DNA from: Gallionellaceae bacterium
GTDB lineage: Bacteria; Pseudomonadota; Gammaproteobacteria; Burkholderiales; Gallionellaceae
Length of the DNA: 39,374 nt
Direction: 5' to 3'
NCBI GenBank assembly: GCA_028713345.1
Contig: JAQTOM010000002.1
Coordinates: 1 to 39,374 of the forward strand
Part shown: in pieces, positions 27,466 to 37,793 of the stretch
Numbering within the stretch: the first letter of the stretch is position 1
Layout: every line of letters starts with the position of its first letter
Made by a program: the position numbers and the translations under genes
Notes under the pieces: generated by a model
The model's input: only the letters and a program-made list of their open reading frames with translations
Databases searched by the model: none
Told to the model about the DNA's origin: nothing

Positions 27466-28836
27466 ATGCCTTACAAAATATCCATTCACTACCTTGACGA
27501 TGCCGCACCTTATTATGCCGCTATTGCTGACCTGCCTTGGGCGGTGTGGCTGGATAGCGCAGGGATGGGACGTTATGACATCCTTTGTGCGCAGCCTGTA
27601 GCGACTTTTGTCACACGCGCCGCATCCACCGCGATTACCGATACAACCGGAACACGATATTCAACCGATGATCCTTTTGATTTGCTGCGCGCGCAATTGG
27701 GTAAACATGCCGTAGCCATACCCGGTATCCCGTTTGCAGGAGGCGCCTTGGGCTACTGGGGTTATGACCTGGCGCGCCGCATCATGCTGTTGCCTGCGCA
27801 AGCACAGGACACAGAATGTTTGCCAGACATGGCGATGGGCATCTATGACTGGGCTATTGTGCTGGATCACGATGAAAAAGCTGCCTATCTTGTTTCACAG
27901 CAACACGAGCGAGTAACGGCGCAGGTATTGCCCCAAATCCTCGAACGGCTGCAAGGCAACTTCAGCATGCCTCGTGAAACGTTCAAGGTACATGGAAGCG
28001 CCCAGTCAAACCTAACCCGTACTGAATATGAATCTGCATTCAATACGGTGCAACGGTATTTGTATGCAGGTGACTGCTATCAGGTCAATTTGGCGCAACG
28101 CTATGTGGCGCGCGCTTCCGGCGATCCGTTTGATGCCTATCTCGAACTGCGCCGCCTGAGTCCCGCACCTTATTCTGCTTATTTAAATTTGCCGCAAGCC
28201 AAAATTTTATGCGCTTCGCCGGAACGGTTTTTACGCGTGCTTGAAGGAAAAGTGGAAACCAAGCCGATCAAAGGCACGCGCCCACGCATGGCAGACGCGC
28301 AGCTCGATGTGCAGGCAGCGCACGAATTGCAATCCAGCGGCAAAGACCGTACAGAAAATTTGATGATCGTTGACTTGCTGCGCAACGACTTGGGCAAAAG
28401 CTGTGTGCCCGGCTCGGTTCAGGTGCCCAATCTGTTCGGGGTGGAAAGCTTTGCCCACGTGCATCATCTGGTTAGCACGGTTACCGGAGAATTGGCGGAC
28501 GGGCAGGATGCGTTGATGTTGCTGCGCAACTGTTTTCCTGGCGGTTCTGTCACTGGCGCACCCAAGCAGCGTGCAATGGAAATCATTGAGCAAATTGAGC
28601 CCCAGCGGCGCGGTGTGTATTGCGGTGCAATAGGCTACGTTAGTTTTGATGGCAATATGGACAGCAATATCGCCATCCGCACTTTGGTCTATTCGGATGG
28701 TGAAATCCGCTTCTGGGCAGGTGGTGGTATCGTTGCAGATTCTGATGCGGCGGCGGAATATCAGGAAACGCTGGATAAGGCGGTGGGGATGTTGAAATTG
28801 CTGCGGCATTTTGGCAAAAACACCTCTCCATTTTAG
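27466..28836 (+). CDS. pabB: aminodeoxychorismate synthase component I (chorismate-utilising enzyme; PabB most likely)
   Basis: GDCYQVNLAQR, SPERFLRV..GKVETKPIKGTRPR, ENLMIVDLLRNDLG, GGSVTGAPKQRAMEIIEQIEPQRRGVYCGAIGY. The track start is a TTG at 27439; ATG 27466 is preferred. PabB versus TrpE cannot be settled without a phylogeny. Confidence 0.8.
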   Translation: MPYKISIHYLDDAAPYYAAIADLPWAVWLDSAGMGRYDILCAQPVATFVTRAASTAITDTTGTRYSTDDPFDLLRAQLGKHAVAIPGIPFAGGALGYWGYDLARRIMLLPAQAQDTECLPDMAMGIYDWAIVLDHDEKAAYLVSQQHERVTAQVLPQILERLQGNFSMPRETFKVHGSAQSNLTRTEYESAFNTVQRYLYAGDCYQVNLAQRYVARASGDPFDAYLELRRLSPAPYSAYLNLPQAKILCASPERFLRVLEGKVETKPIKGTRPRMADAQLDVQAAHELQSSGKDRTENLMIVDLLRNDLGKSCVPGSVQVPNLFGVESFAHVHHLVSTVTGELADGQDALMLLRNCFPGGSVTGAPKQRAMEIIEQIEPQRRGVYCGAIGYVSFDGNMDSNIAIRTLVYSDGEIRFWAGGGIVADSDAAAEYQETLDKAVGMLKLLRHFGKNTSPF

Positions 28837-28982
28837 TGGAGTTAAAACCACCACTACTTTGGCACTCAGATACCGTTAGGGGAAGTGGGCGTCCGTTCCA
28901 TTACCTGATGGTGTCCTGAAAGCCTCTGTGGCGGACGGCACGTCTGCTGTGGCATAATTGCACGCTCAATCAGGTAATCGCA

Positions 28983-30386
28983 ATGAGCGCAAAAACGTTA
29001 TACGACAAACTCTGGGATAGTCACGTAGTCCGGCAGGAAGCTGACGGCACGGCACAGATCTATATCGACCGCCATCTGGTGCATGAAGTCACCAGCCCGC
29101 AGGCATTCGAGGGTTTGAGACTGGCGCACCGCAAGCCATGGCGCATTGCTTCCATGCTGGCGGTGGCGGATCACAACGTACCGACCACGGGGCGTGACAA
29201 GGGCATCGCCGACCCGATTTCGCGTTTGCAGGTGGAGACGCTGGATCAGAACTGCGAGGAACTGGGCATCACCGAATTCAGGATGGCCGATTTGCGTCAG
29301 GGTATCGTGCATGTGATCGGCCCGGAACAGGGTGCGACCTTGCCCGGCATGACGGTGGTGTGCGGCGATTCGCATACCAGCACGCATGGTGCGTTTGCCG
29401 CGCTGGCGTTCGGTATCGGCACCTCCGAGGTCGAGCATGTGATGGCGACGCAGTGCCTGTTGATGAAGCAGGCCAAGGCGATGCAGGTGCTGGTCGAAGG
29501 GGTGCTGGGCAAAGGCGTCACCGCAAAAGACATCGCGCTGGCGGTGATCGGCAAGATCGGTACCGCAGGCGGCACCGGCTACGCCATCGAATTTGCGGGC
29601 AGCGCCATCCGTGCGCTTTCGATGGAGGGACGCATGACACTGTGCAACATGGCCATCGAAGCCGGTGCGCGCGCGGGTATGATCGCGGCGGATGACACGA
29701 CGATCAGTTACCTCAAGGGTCGTCCGTTCGCGCCGCAGGGCGAGTCGTGGGATAAGGCCGTGGCTTACTGGCGCACGTTGCACAGCGATGATGGCGCGCA
29801 GTTCGACAAGGTGGTGCGCCTCGCTGCCGCTGAAATCAAGCCGCAAGTGACTTGGGGCACTTCGCCGGAGATGGTGGTGGCGGTGGATGGGCGTGTGCCT
29901 GACCCTGCCTCCGCACCCGACGAGGTGAAGCGCCAGGACTGGGCGCGCGCCTTGCAGTATATGGGTTTGACTGCCAATACGCCGATCAGCGAAATCAAGA
30001 TCGACAAAGTGTTCATCGGCTCCTGCACCAATGCCCGCATCGAGGATTTGCGCGCGGCGGCGGCAGTGGCGCGCGGCAAGCATGTCGCCGCCAACGTGAA
30101 GCTGGCGATGGTGGTGCCAGGCTCCGGGCTGGTGAAGCAGCAGGCCGAGCACGAGGGGCTGGACAAGATGTTCGTCGCGGCAGGTTTCGAGTGGCGCGAT
30201 CCGGGCTGTTCCATGTGCCTGGCGATGAATGATGACAGGCTTGCGCCAGGCGAACGTTGCGCCTCGACCTCCAACCGCAACTTCGAGGGGCGGCAGGGGC
30301 CGGGCGGGCGCACGCATCTGGTGAGTCCGGAAATGGCAGCTGCCGCCGCGATTGCCGGGCATTTTGTTGATGTAAGCAAATTGTGA
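28983..30386 (+). CDS. leuC: 3-isopropylmalate dehydratase large subunit
   Basis: [55 protein letters not shown]-type motif, [22 protein letters not shown]. Confidence 0.96.
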   Translation: MSAKTLYDKLWDSHVVRQEADGTAQIYIDRHLVHEVTSPQAFEGLRLAHRKPWRIASMLAVADHNVPTTGRDKGIADPISRLQVETLDQNCEELGITEFRMADLRQGIVHVIGPEQGATLPGMTVVCGDSHTSTHGAFAALAFGIGTSEVEHVMATQCLLMKQAKAMQVLVEGVLGKGVTAKDIALAVIGKIGTAGGTGYAIEFAGSAIRALSMEGRMTLCNMAIEAGARAGMIAADDTTISYLKGRPFAPQGESWDKAVAYWRTLHSDDGAQFDKVVRLAAAEIKPQVTWGTSPEMVVAVDGRVPDPASAPDEVKRQDWARALQYMGLTANTPISEIKIDKVFIGSCTNARIEDLRAAAAVARGKHVAANVKLAMVVPGSGLVKQQAEHEGLDKMFVAAGFEWRDPGCSMCLAMNDDRLAPGERCASTSNRNFEGRQGPGGRTHLVSPEMAAAAAIAGHFVDVSKL

Positions 30387-30397
30387 AAGGAGCGAAC

Positions 30398-30517
30398 ATG
30401 AAGAAAATATTGGCTTTGTTGATGGCGCTGAGCGTGTTGACCGCATGCAACACGATGGAAGGCTTGGGCAAGGACATCAAGAAGGGTGGCGAAAAACTGG
30501 AGAAAACAGCGAAATAA
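30398..30517 (+). CDS. entericidin (EcnA/B)-family small lipoprotein
   Basis: Not in the ORF track (39 aa): [17 protein letters not shown]|[22 protein letters not shown]. It has a lipobox (LTAC) and an SD (AAAGGAG) 6 nt upstream. Its stop overlaps the leuD ATG (TAATG). Confidence 0.8.
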   Translation: MKKILALLMALSVLTACNTMEGLGKDIKKGGEKLEKTAK

Positions 30518-31155
30518 TGCGTAAGTTTACCGTGCTGGACGGGCTGGTTACGCCATTGGATCGAGCCAATGTGGATACCGATGCGATCATCCCCAAACAA
30601 TTCCTGAAATCCATCAAGCGTTCCGGTTTCGGCCCCAACGCGTTCGACGAGTGGCGCTATCTCGACCACGGCGAGCCGGGCATGGACAACAGCAAGCGTC
30701 CCTTGAACAAGGATTTTGTACTGAACCAGCCGCGCTACCAAGGCGCGCAGGTTTTGCTGGCGCGCGAAAATTTCGGCTGCGGTTCGTCGCGCGAACACGC
30801 GCCGTGGGCGCTGGAAGACTACGGCTTGCGCGCCATCATCGCGCCGAGCTTCGCCGACATCTTTTTCAACAACTGTTTCAAGAACGGCCTGCTGCCCATC
30901 CGTCTGGATGCGGCCAGCGTGGATGCACTGTTCAAGGCGGTGGAAGCCACGCCGGGCTACCGTCTGAGAATCGACTTGGAGCAACAAACCATCACCGCGC
31001 CGGATGGCACGGTGTATCGTTTCGAGGTGGAGGCTTTCCGCAAGCATTGTTTGCTGAATGGACTGGATGACATCGGGCTGACCTTGCAGCATGTGGATGA
31101 GATCAAGGTCTATGAACAGAAGCGGCGCGAACAGCAGCCATGGTTGTTTGCCTGA
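30517..31155 (+). CDS. leuD: 3-isopropylmalate dehydratase small subunit
   Basis: [50 protein letters not shown]. The track ORF is over-extended to 30445. Confidence 0.95.
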   Translation: MRKFTVLDGLVTPLDRANVDTDAIIPKQFLKSIKRSGFGPNAFDEWRYLDHGEPGMDNSKRPLNKDFVLNQPRYQGAQVLLARENFGCGSSREHAPWALEDYGLRAIIAPSFADIFFNNCFKNGLLPIRLDAASVDALFKAVEATPGYRLRIDLEQQTITAPDGTVYRFEVEAFRKHCLLNGLDDIGLTLQHVDEIKVYEQKRREQQPWLFA

Positions 31156-31233
31156 ATCCCCCATAGCCTGTTGCCAAATAGGGCGGCGTAGCGGGAGATT
31201 AGGATTTTTGATTTATGAGAATAGGAATTTGAA

Positions 31234-32298
31234 ATGAAAATCGCAGTATTGCCGGGTGACGGTATCGGACCGGAAATCGTGGCGCAGGCGGCAAGGGTGC
31301 TGGAAGCATTGCGCAGTGACGGCCTGAAAATCGAACTGGAATACGCGCACATCGGCGGGGCAGGTTACGATGCGGCGGGCGATCCATTTCCTGCGGCGAC
31401 CGAAAAGCTGGTTCTTGCCTCCGATGCGGCCTTGCTCGGCGCAGTGGGCGGTTATCAATACGACACGCTGCCGCGCGAATTGCGCCCGGAAAAAGGTTTA
31501 TTGCGCATCCGCAAGGCGCTGAACGCCTTTGCCAACCTGCGTCCGGCCATGGTGTATCCAGAGCTGGTCAACGCCTCTACGCTCAAGCCGGAGCTGGTGT
31601 CGGGTCTGGACATCATAATTTTGCGCGAACTCACCGGCGACATTTATTTCGGCCAGCCGCGCGGCATCCGCACGCTGGACAACGGTGAGCGCGAAGGCTT
31701 CGACACCATGAGATACAGCGAATCGGAAATCCGCCGCGTGGCGCATGTCGGTTTCCAGATCGCAATGAAGCGCAACAAGAAAGTGTGCTCGGTGGACAAG
31801 GCCAACGTGCTGGACACCAGCATGTTCTGGCGCGAGATTGTGACTGCCGTGGCGAAGGAATATCCGCAGGTCGAACTGTCGCATATGTATGTGGACAACG
31901 CCGCGATGCAGCTGGTGCGCGCGCCCAAGCAGTTTGACGTGATCCTCACCGGCAACATTTTCGGCGACATTTTGTCCGATGAAGCATCCATGCTGACCGG
32001 CTCCATCGGCATGCTGCCGTCCGCCTCGCTGGATGCGAACAACAAGGGCTTGTATGAGCCATGCCACGGCTCAGCGCCCGACATCGCGGGCAAGAATATC
32101 GCCAATCCGCTGGCGACGATTTTGTCGGTGGCGATGATGATGCGCTATACCTTCGCGCGCGAAGACATTGCGCAGCGCATCGAAAGCGCGGTGCGCAAGG
32201 TGTTACAGCAGGGCTTGCGCACCGGGGATATTTACGAAGACGGGATGCGGAAGGTCGGCACCGGTGCGATGGGCGACGCGGTGGTCGCGGCACTATAA
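31234..32298 (+). CDS. leuB: 3-isopropylmalate dehydrogenase
   Basis: [65 protein letters not shown]. Confidence 0.96.
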   Translation: MKIAVLPGDGIGPEIVAQAARVLEALRSDGLKIELEYAHIGGAGYDAAGDPFPAATEKLVLASDAALLGAVGGYQYDTLPRELRPEKGLLRIRKALNAFANLRPAMVYPELVNASTLKPELVSGLDIIILRELTGDIYFGQPRGIRTLDNGEREGFDTMRYSESEIRRVAHVGFQIAMKRNKKVCSVDKANVLDTSMFWREIVTAVAKEYPQVELSHMYVDNAAMQLVRAPKQFDVILTGNIFGDILSDEASMLTGSIGMLPSASLDANNKGLYEPCHGSAPDIAGKNIANPLATILSVAMMMRYTFAREDIAQRIESAVRKVLQQGLRTGDIYEDGMRKVGTGAMGDAVVAAL

Positions 32299-32328
32299 AG
32301 AATTTGGCCAATCAGGAAAGTTGAGAGC

Positions 32329-33354
32329 ATGAGCAAGAAGTACGATGTGTGCATATTGGGTGCGACCGGCGCAGTGGGCGAGGCGATGCTGGCCATACTG
32401 GAGCAGCGCAAATTTCCGGTGGGTAATCTTTACCCGCTGGCATCCAGCCGTTCCGCCGGTTCCAAGGTGACGTTCCATGGCGAGGAAATCACCGTGCTGG
32501 ATGTGGAGGGGTTTGACTTCTCCAAGACCCAGATCGGGCTGTTCTCCGCAGGCGGCAGCGTGTCGGCAAAATACGCGCCCATCGCGGCGGCGGCGGGCTG
32601 CGTGGTGATCGACAATACCGCGCATTTCCGCTATGACGACGATATTCCGCTGGTAGTGCCGGAGGTGAATCCGCATGCTATCGCGCAATACAAGAATCGC
32701 GGCATCATCGCCAATCCGAACTGTTCCACCATCCAGATGCTGGTGGCGCTGAAGCCGATACATGACGCGGTGGGCATCGAGCGCATCAATGTCGCCACCT
32801 ATCAGGCGGTATCCGGCACCGGCAAGGAGGCCATCGATGAACTGGCCGACCAGACGCGCGCTTTGTTCAATCAGCAAGATGTGAAGGTCGAGGTATACCC
32901 GAAACGCATCGCGTTCAACGTGCTGCCGCAAATTGACGTATTCATGGACAACGGCTACACCAAGGAAGAAATGAAGATGGTGTGGGAGACGCGCAAGATC
33001 ATGGAAGACGACAGCATCATGGTGAATCCCACTGCGGTACGGGTGCCGGTATTTTACGGTCACTCCGAGGCGGTGCATATGGAGACGCGCAAGAAGATTA
33101 CCGCCGATGAGGCGCGTGCCTTGCTGGAAAAAGCGCCAGGCGTGCAGGTGCTGGACAAACGCGAGCCGGGCGGTTATCCCACTGCCATCGAAGCGGCGGG
33201 GCAGGATGCGACTTTTGTCGGACGCATCCGTGAAGACGTGTCACACCCGCGCGGCTTGAATTTGTGGGTGGTAAGCGATAATGTGCGCAAGGGGGCGGCG
33301 CTCAACAGTATTCAGATCGCCGAAATTTTGATTGAAAAGTACTTGGGATTTTGA
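32329..33354 (+). CDS. asd: aspartate-semialdehyde dehydrogenase (short, 340-aa type)
   Basis: ILGATGAVGEAML, ANPNCSTIQMLVALKPI (active-site Cys), YQAVSGTGKEAIDEL, RVPVFYGHSEAV, SDNVRKGAALNSIQIAE. Confidence 0.9.
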   Translation: MSKKYDVCILGATGAVGEAMLAILEQRKFPVGNLYPLASSRSAGSKVTFHGEEITVLDVEGFDFSKTQIGLFSAGGSVSAKYAPIAAAAGCVVIDNTAHFRYDDDIPLVVPEVNPHAIAQYKNRGIIANPNCSTIQMLVALKPIHDAVGIERINVATYQAVSGTGKEAIDELADQTRALFNQQDVKVEVYPKRIAFNVLPQIDVFMDNGYTKEEMKMVWETRKIMEDDSIMVNPTAVRVPVFYGHSEAVHMETRKKITADEARALLEKAPGVQVLDKREPGGYPTAIEAAGQDATFVGRIREDVSHPRGLNLWVVSDNVRKGAALNSIQIAEILIEKYLGF

Positions 33355-33423
33355 TTGTAAACACGTGTATTAGCACATCATATGGAATTCATTTTTAGCT
33401 TGTGCTGTTAACTCTATGATGTT

Positions 33424-36204
33424 ATGTTATTTGTCCAAAATAATGCATTTAAAGGTGGCAGCGTGCTGAAATTACTCATCAAAACGTTAGGATTTATTGC
33501 CTGTTTAACCTTGTCTGGCGTTGCTTGTGCCGTGGGTATGGGCGGCATTAACGTGATTTCCGCATTAGGTGAGCCCTTGAAAGCGGAGATTGAACTGGTC
33601 GCCGTTGGCAAGGCTGAAAAAAACAGCCTGTCCGCGCACCTGGCTTCGCCCGATGTATTCAAGGGTGCAGGCATAGACTTTCCCAGCGCGCTGCCCAAGT
33701 TAAAATTCCAGATTGATACGCGTGACAACGGTGACTTCTACCTTAAGATGACATCGGTGCAACCGGTGAATGAGCCGTTCGTCAGCTTGCTGGTGGAATT
33801 GAGCTGGTCTTCCGGCAGGCTGTTGCGCGAATACACTTTCCTGCTGGATCCTCCAGGTTATAGGCCGGAGCTGCCCAAGGCGGTGGAAGTACAGCCTGTC
33901 CCGAGTAAAGTTGAGGCGCAGGTTGAGCCAAGTACCGCAGCCCCGGTGCATACCACCGAGTTGCCGCGAACCGCCGCGCCGGTGACTGAAAAAATACCCG
34001 TTGCATCCACACCAGCTGTTGTCAGTGAACACGCCGAAAGCAGCAATGTCGCTATGGGTGTCATCAAGGTTAAACGCGGCGACACCTTGAGCAAAATAGC
34101 GAGAGAAGCCAAACCTTCTGAAATAAGTCTGGAACGTATGCTGGTCGCGTTGTATCGCGCCAACGCCGATGCATTTGACGGCAAAAACATGAACCGCCTG
34201 AAGACCGGCAAGATACTGCACATGCCCGAACAGTCCGATCTGGACAAGTTGGCGCAGGTGGATGCCGTGAAAGAAATTCGTGTGCAAGTTGCCGATTGGC
34301 ATGCCTATCGCCAGAAACTTGCAGCAGCCAGTACGGCTGTAACGGAACATGCTCCCAAGCAGGAAGCATCCGGCAAGATCAGTACTACCGTAGCCGAGAA
34401 AGCGCCTGCCGCAAAAGAACCTGCCAGGGAAGTGGTGAGGCTGTCCAAGGGTGAGGCTCCTGGTGACAAGGCCGGTGCAGGCGGAAATGCAAAATCCCTG
34501 CAGGAAAAAGCTCACGCAATGGAAGAAGAAGCCATTGCCAAGAAAAAGGCGCTCAAGGAAGGCAATGAGCGTATTGCACTGCTGGAAAAGAATGCCAAGG
34601 ATATGCAGCGCCTGATCGAGTTGAAGAGCAAGCCTGTAGCGCCGTCAGCCAAACCAGAACCTGCCAAGGTTGAGGCCAAGCCGCCAATGCCTGTTACAGT
34701 ATCATCTGTTGCCGCTACCGCGAGTGGCGTGGCGCCTGCCAGTGCGGTAAAGCCTGCCAAGCCTGCCGCCAAGCCAGTAGTGGCACCCAAGGTAGTCGCT
34801 CCCCCGCCTTCATTGCTGGATGAACCGCTCTATCTGGCGGGAGGCGCTGCTGCGCTGCTGGCTATGGGAGGTCTTGGTTTTGTGCTGGTTAAACGCAGAA
34901 GAGGCGGCAAGGCCAGCGATAAGAAATCGGGTGACAAGGAACCAAAGGAAGTAAAAGAAGATATGGGTAGCAAAACCAGCACCCGTATTTCTGCGCCGGT
35001 TGCATCCTCGCCGGAAACCGGTGATTTCACGCATGCCGCAGCAGCCACTACTAGCCAAATGCCGCCCGAGGATGTTGATCCGATCAGCGAAGCCGACCTG
35101 TTCCTGAACTTTGGGCGTGATGCACAAGCAGAAGATATCCTGAAAGATGCGCTGGAGAAGAATCCTGCAAATAATCAGGTCCGTCTCAAGTTGCTGTCCA
35201 TCTATGCGAACCGCAAGGATACCAAGCAGTTTTCCTCTATTGCGCGCCAGGTTCAGGATTCCGGAGATGCAGCGGCATGGGTACAAGCTGCTGAAATGGG
35301 TCGCGGCATGGAGCCTAACAACCCGATGTATGGAGGTGCGGGTGACGAGTCGACTGCACCAGTTATGGAGCAAGTAAAGAGCGAGCAACAACCTGCCGCT
35401 GGTTTGGATTTTGACTTGGGTTTTGTCGCGCCAGAGACAGCCGCAACGCCTGAAGGTGAGGGTACAGTGGCGCTTGCACCGTCATTGAATACCTCTGCTG
35501 CCGCACCGTTGGATTTTGATCTGGGTTTCTCTGCACCAGAAGCAGCGGCCATACCTGAAAATGAAGGCACTGTAATATCAAGTGCGCCACTGGGTGATGA
35601 ATTCATGGCCACGCCAGCAGCGGAGGCTTTGCAAGAAACCCAGATGGATTTTGACATAACATCCACACACCCATCATTGGCTGCCATTGAGCCAGGGCAG
35701 GATGCAGCAATAGATTTTGACGTGACAGCCTCGCGTCCATCTTTTGCCGCAACGGAGCCGGAACAGGCGGCAGCGGCAACACCAAACTTGGATGATTTGG
35801 TATTTGATATAACCTCTACCCATCCTTCATTGACGGCGGTAACGGAGGAAAATGCTGACTTCACTCCGTCGGGCAATGATGGTGCCATGGAATTCACGCT
35901 GGATTTTCCCACTGCCGACAAACCTGAGGCCGTTCCTGCGCAAGCTGCCGCCAAGGAGGCGAGCGGTGCTGACTTGGGTAGTATCAGCCTGAATTTTGAT
36001 GAGCCAGCCGCACCTGCTTCTGCTCCAGCGGCGGCTAAAGATGCGCATTGGCACGATATCGCCACCAAGCTTGACCTCGCCAAGGCCTACCAGGAAATGG
36101 GGGATAACGCCGGTGCGCGTGAAATTCTGGGAGAAGTGCAGGCCGAGGGCGATGAACAACAACGCGCTGCGGCTGATGCCATACTGCAACAACTGCTTGC
36201 TTAA
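33424..36204 (+). CDS. fimV: FimV/HubP-family polar landmark protein (LysM domain, TM, acidic repeats, C-terminal TPR-like motif)
   Basis: Signal peptide LKLLIKTLGFIACLTLSGVACA, N-terminal SALGEPLKAEIEL, LysM (VKRGDTLSKIARE...LVALYRANADAF), TM LAGGAAALLAMGGLGFVLV-KRRRGG, and C-terminal KLDLAKAYQEMGDNAGAREILGEV. It has the conserved position between asd and truA. An alternative GTG start is at 33463. Confidence 0.88.
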   Translation: MLFVQNNAFKGGSVLKLLIKTLGFIACLTLSGVACAVGMGGINVISALGEPLKAEIELVAVGKAEKNSLSAHLASPDVFKGAGIDFPSALPKLKFQIDTRDNGDFYLKMTSVQPVNEPFVSLLVELSWSSGRLLREYTFLLDPPGYRPELPKAVEVQPVPSKVEAQVEPSTAAPVHTTELPRTAAPVTEKIPVASTPAVVSEHAESSNVAMGVIKVKRGDTLSKIAREAKPSEISLERMLVALYRANADAFDGKNMNRLKTGKILHMPEQSDLDKLAQVDAVKEIRVQVADWHAYRQKLAAASTAVTEHAPKQEASGKISTTVAEKAPAAKEPAREVVRLSKGEAPGDKAGAGGNAKSLQEKAHAMEEEAIAKKKALKEGNERIALLEKNAKDMQRLIELKSKPVAPSAKPEPAKVEAKPPMPVTVSSVAATASGVAPASAVKPAKPAAKPVVAPKVVAPPPSLLDEPLYLAGGAAALLAMGGLGFVLVKRRRGGKASDKKSGDKEPKEVKEDMGSKTSTRISAPVASSPETGDFTHAAAATTSQMPPEDVDPISEADLFLNFGRDAQAEDILKDALEKNPANNQVRLKLLSIYANRKDTKQFSSIARQVQDSGDAAAWVQAAEMGRGMEPNNPMYGGAGDESTAPVMEQVKSEQQPAAGLDFDLGFVAPETAATPEGEGTVALAPSLNTSAAAPLDFDLGFSAPEAAAIPENEGTVISSAPLGDEFMATPAAEALQETQMDFDITSTHPSLAAIEPGQDAAIDFDVTASRPSFAATEPEQAAAATPNLDDLVFDITSTHPSLTAVTEENADFTPSGNDGAMEFTLDFPTADKPEAVPAQAAAKEASGADLGSISLNFDEPAAPASAPAAAKDAHWHDIATKLDLAKAYQEMGDNAGAREILGEVQAEGDEQQRAAADAILQQLLA
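35398..36010 (+). repeat. degenerate acidic tandem repeats inside fimV
   Basis: GLDFDLGFVAPETAATPEGEGTV pairs with LDFDLGFSAPEAAAIPENEGTV. MDFDITSTHPSLAAIEP, IDFDVTASRPSFAATEP and LVFDITSTHPSLTAV form a second set. Then MEFTLDFP and ISLNFDEP follow. Confidence 0.8.
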
Positions 36205-36223
36205 CCCGCACGATGTAAACTGA

Positions 36224-36259
36224 ACGGCAGCCGTGAGTCACAGGCTGCCGTTTTTATTT
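36224..36259 (+). terminator. rho-independent terminator after fimV
   Basis: ACGGCAGCC-gtgagtcaca-GGCTGCCGT followed by TTTTATTTG. Confidence 0.8.
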
Positions 36260-36286
36260 GAGCCAATCTTGCTCCTGAACAATTCG

Positions 36287-36955
36287 ATGCCGCATCCCGC
36301 CGCACTGATTTTCCTTTGGGCCTGCATCACCGTCGCCATGCAATCGCTGCAAGCGACCGCCCTGATGCTTGCCGGCCTGCCGCTGCTGATCGCGGCTTAC
36401 GCGATCTCTGCCGCACGCCTGCTTACACTGCTGCGCCGCACACGCTGGATCATGCTGTCGCTGCTGCTCATTTATGCCTATGCCACCCCGGGCGAAGCGG
36501 TATGGACATCGCTGGCCCAGTTCAGCCCGACCCATGAAGGACTGGTTGATGGCCTGCTGCAATTGTGCCGCCTGCTTTTCGCGCTGGCCGGTTTGTCCAT
36601 CCTGCTGAGCTTGCTGCCGCAACAAAAACTCATCAGCGGCCTCTATACCCTGTGCTATCCCTTGCGCTATATTGGCCTGTCACGCGAGCGCGTTGCAGTG
36701 CGCCTGGCGTTGACGCTGCATTATGCCGAATCCGCCATGCTGGATACCGCCGCCAATTGGCGCGGCAGTATCGAACAAGCGCTGGCTGCGGAAGGGTCGC
36801 CGCGTAACGGCGGGAACCCCACCGGCGTCCCTCTTGCGGGGGCTGCGGGTGAAATGAAACAAGGCAGTATTGAGTTGCACTCATCCCACTTCACGCTGCG
36901 TGATGCCCTGCTGCTGGTCGCGGGCTGTGCTTCACTCATGCTGATGCTGTTATGA
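36287..36955 (+). CDS. polytopic membrane protein, EcfT/CbiQ-like (energy-coupling-factor transmembrane component family), orphan
   Basis: 222 aa from ATG 36287. The track start 36233 lies inside the fimV terminator loop. Hydrophobic helices are followed by ...[44 protein letters not shown], resembling the EcfT coupling-helix / A-x-x-x-RG region. Its stop overlaps the truA ATG (ATGA). Confidence 0.6.
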   Translation: MPHPAALIFLWACITVAMQSLQATALMLAGLPLLIAAYAISAARLLTLLRRTRWIMLSLLLIYAYATPGEAVWTSLAQFSPTHEGLVDGLLQLCRLLFALAGLSILLSLLPQQKLISGLYTLCYPLRYIGLSRERVAVRLALTLHYAESAMLDTAANWRGSIEQALAAEGSPRNGGNPTGVPLAGAAGEMKQGSIELHSSHFTLRDALLLVAGCASLMLMLL

Positions 36956-37716
36956 GAATCGCATTGGGGGTGGAATACGACGGTTGCCAGTTTTTCGGCT
37001 GGCAGAGCCAGGCAGATGGACACACCGTGCAGGATACGCTGCAAGTTGCCTTGAACTCCATTGCCAGCAAACCCGTTACCCTTATTGCCGCCGGGCGCAC
37101 CGACACCGGCGTACACGCGCTGGAGCAGGTGGTACATTTCGATATTAATATCGAGCGACCTCTCTCTGCCTGGGTGCGCGGCGTCAATGCCTTGCTGCCG
37201 AAAAACATTGCCGTGCTGTGGGCGCAACCTGTGCCGGACGAATTCCATGCGCGCTTTTCCGCGCAGGCGCGCAGCTACCGCTACCTGCTCATCAACCGCC
37301 CGGTGCGCAGCGCCGTGCAGCATGGCAGGGCGGGCTGGTTCCATACGCCGCTGGATGTGGAGCAGATGCGCGAGGCCGCGCAGTATCTGTTGGGCGAACA
37401 CGATTTCAGCGCCTTCCGTGCTTCCGAATGCCAGGCGAAGACACCCATCAAGAATCTCGCGCAACTCGACATCCAGAAACAGGGCGATACCATCATCTTT
37501 GATTTAACCGCCAATGCCTTCCTGCACCACATGGTGCGAAATATTATCGGCTGCCTGGTGTATGTCGGCAAAGGCAAGCACCCGCCGCAGTGGATGAAAG
37601 AGGTGCTGGAAAGCCGCGTGCGCAGCCTTGCGGCACCGACCTTCGCGCCGGATGGTTTGTATCTGCGCCGCATCACTTATGATGCGAAGTGGGGATTGCC
37701 ACAAATTGCTGTGTAA
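36952..37716 (+). CDS. truA: tRNA pseudouridine(38-40) synthase
   Basis: [39 protein letters not shown] (catalytic Asp), [20 protein letters not shown]. Confidence 0.95.
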   Translation: MRIALGVEYDGCQFFGWQSQADGHTVQDTLQVALNSIASKPVTLIAAGRTDTGVHALEQVVHFDINIERPLSAWVRGVNALLPKNIAVLWAQPVPDEFHARFSAQARSYRYLLINRPVRSAVQHGRAGWFHTPLDVEQMREAAQYLLGEHDFSAFRASECQAKTPIKNLAQLDIQKQGDTIIFDLTANAFLHHMVRNIIGCLVYVGKGKHPPQWMKEVLESRVRSLAAPTFAPDGLYLRRITYDAKWGLPQIAV

Positions 37717-37793
37717 ACTTCCCGCATTTGGACTCCCGCCCGAATGTTTTACAATGCGGCCTCGTTAATTGCGTCTTATCGCTTGGAACCGAC

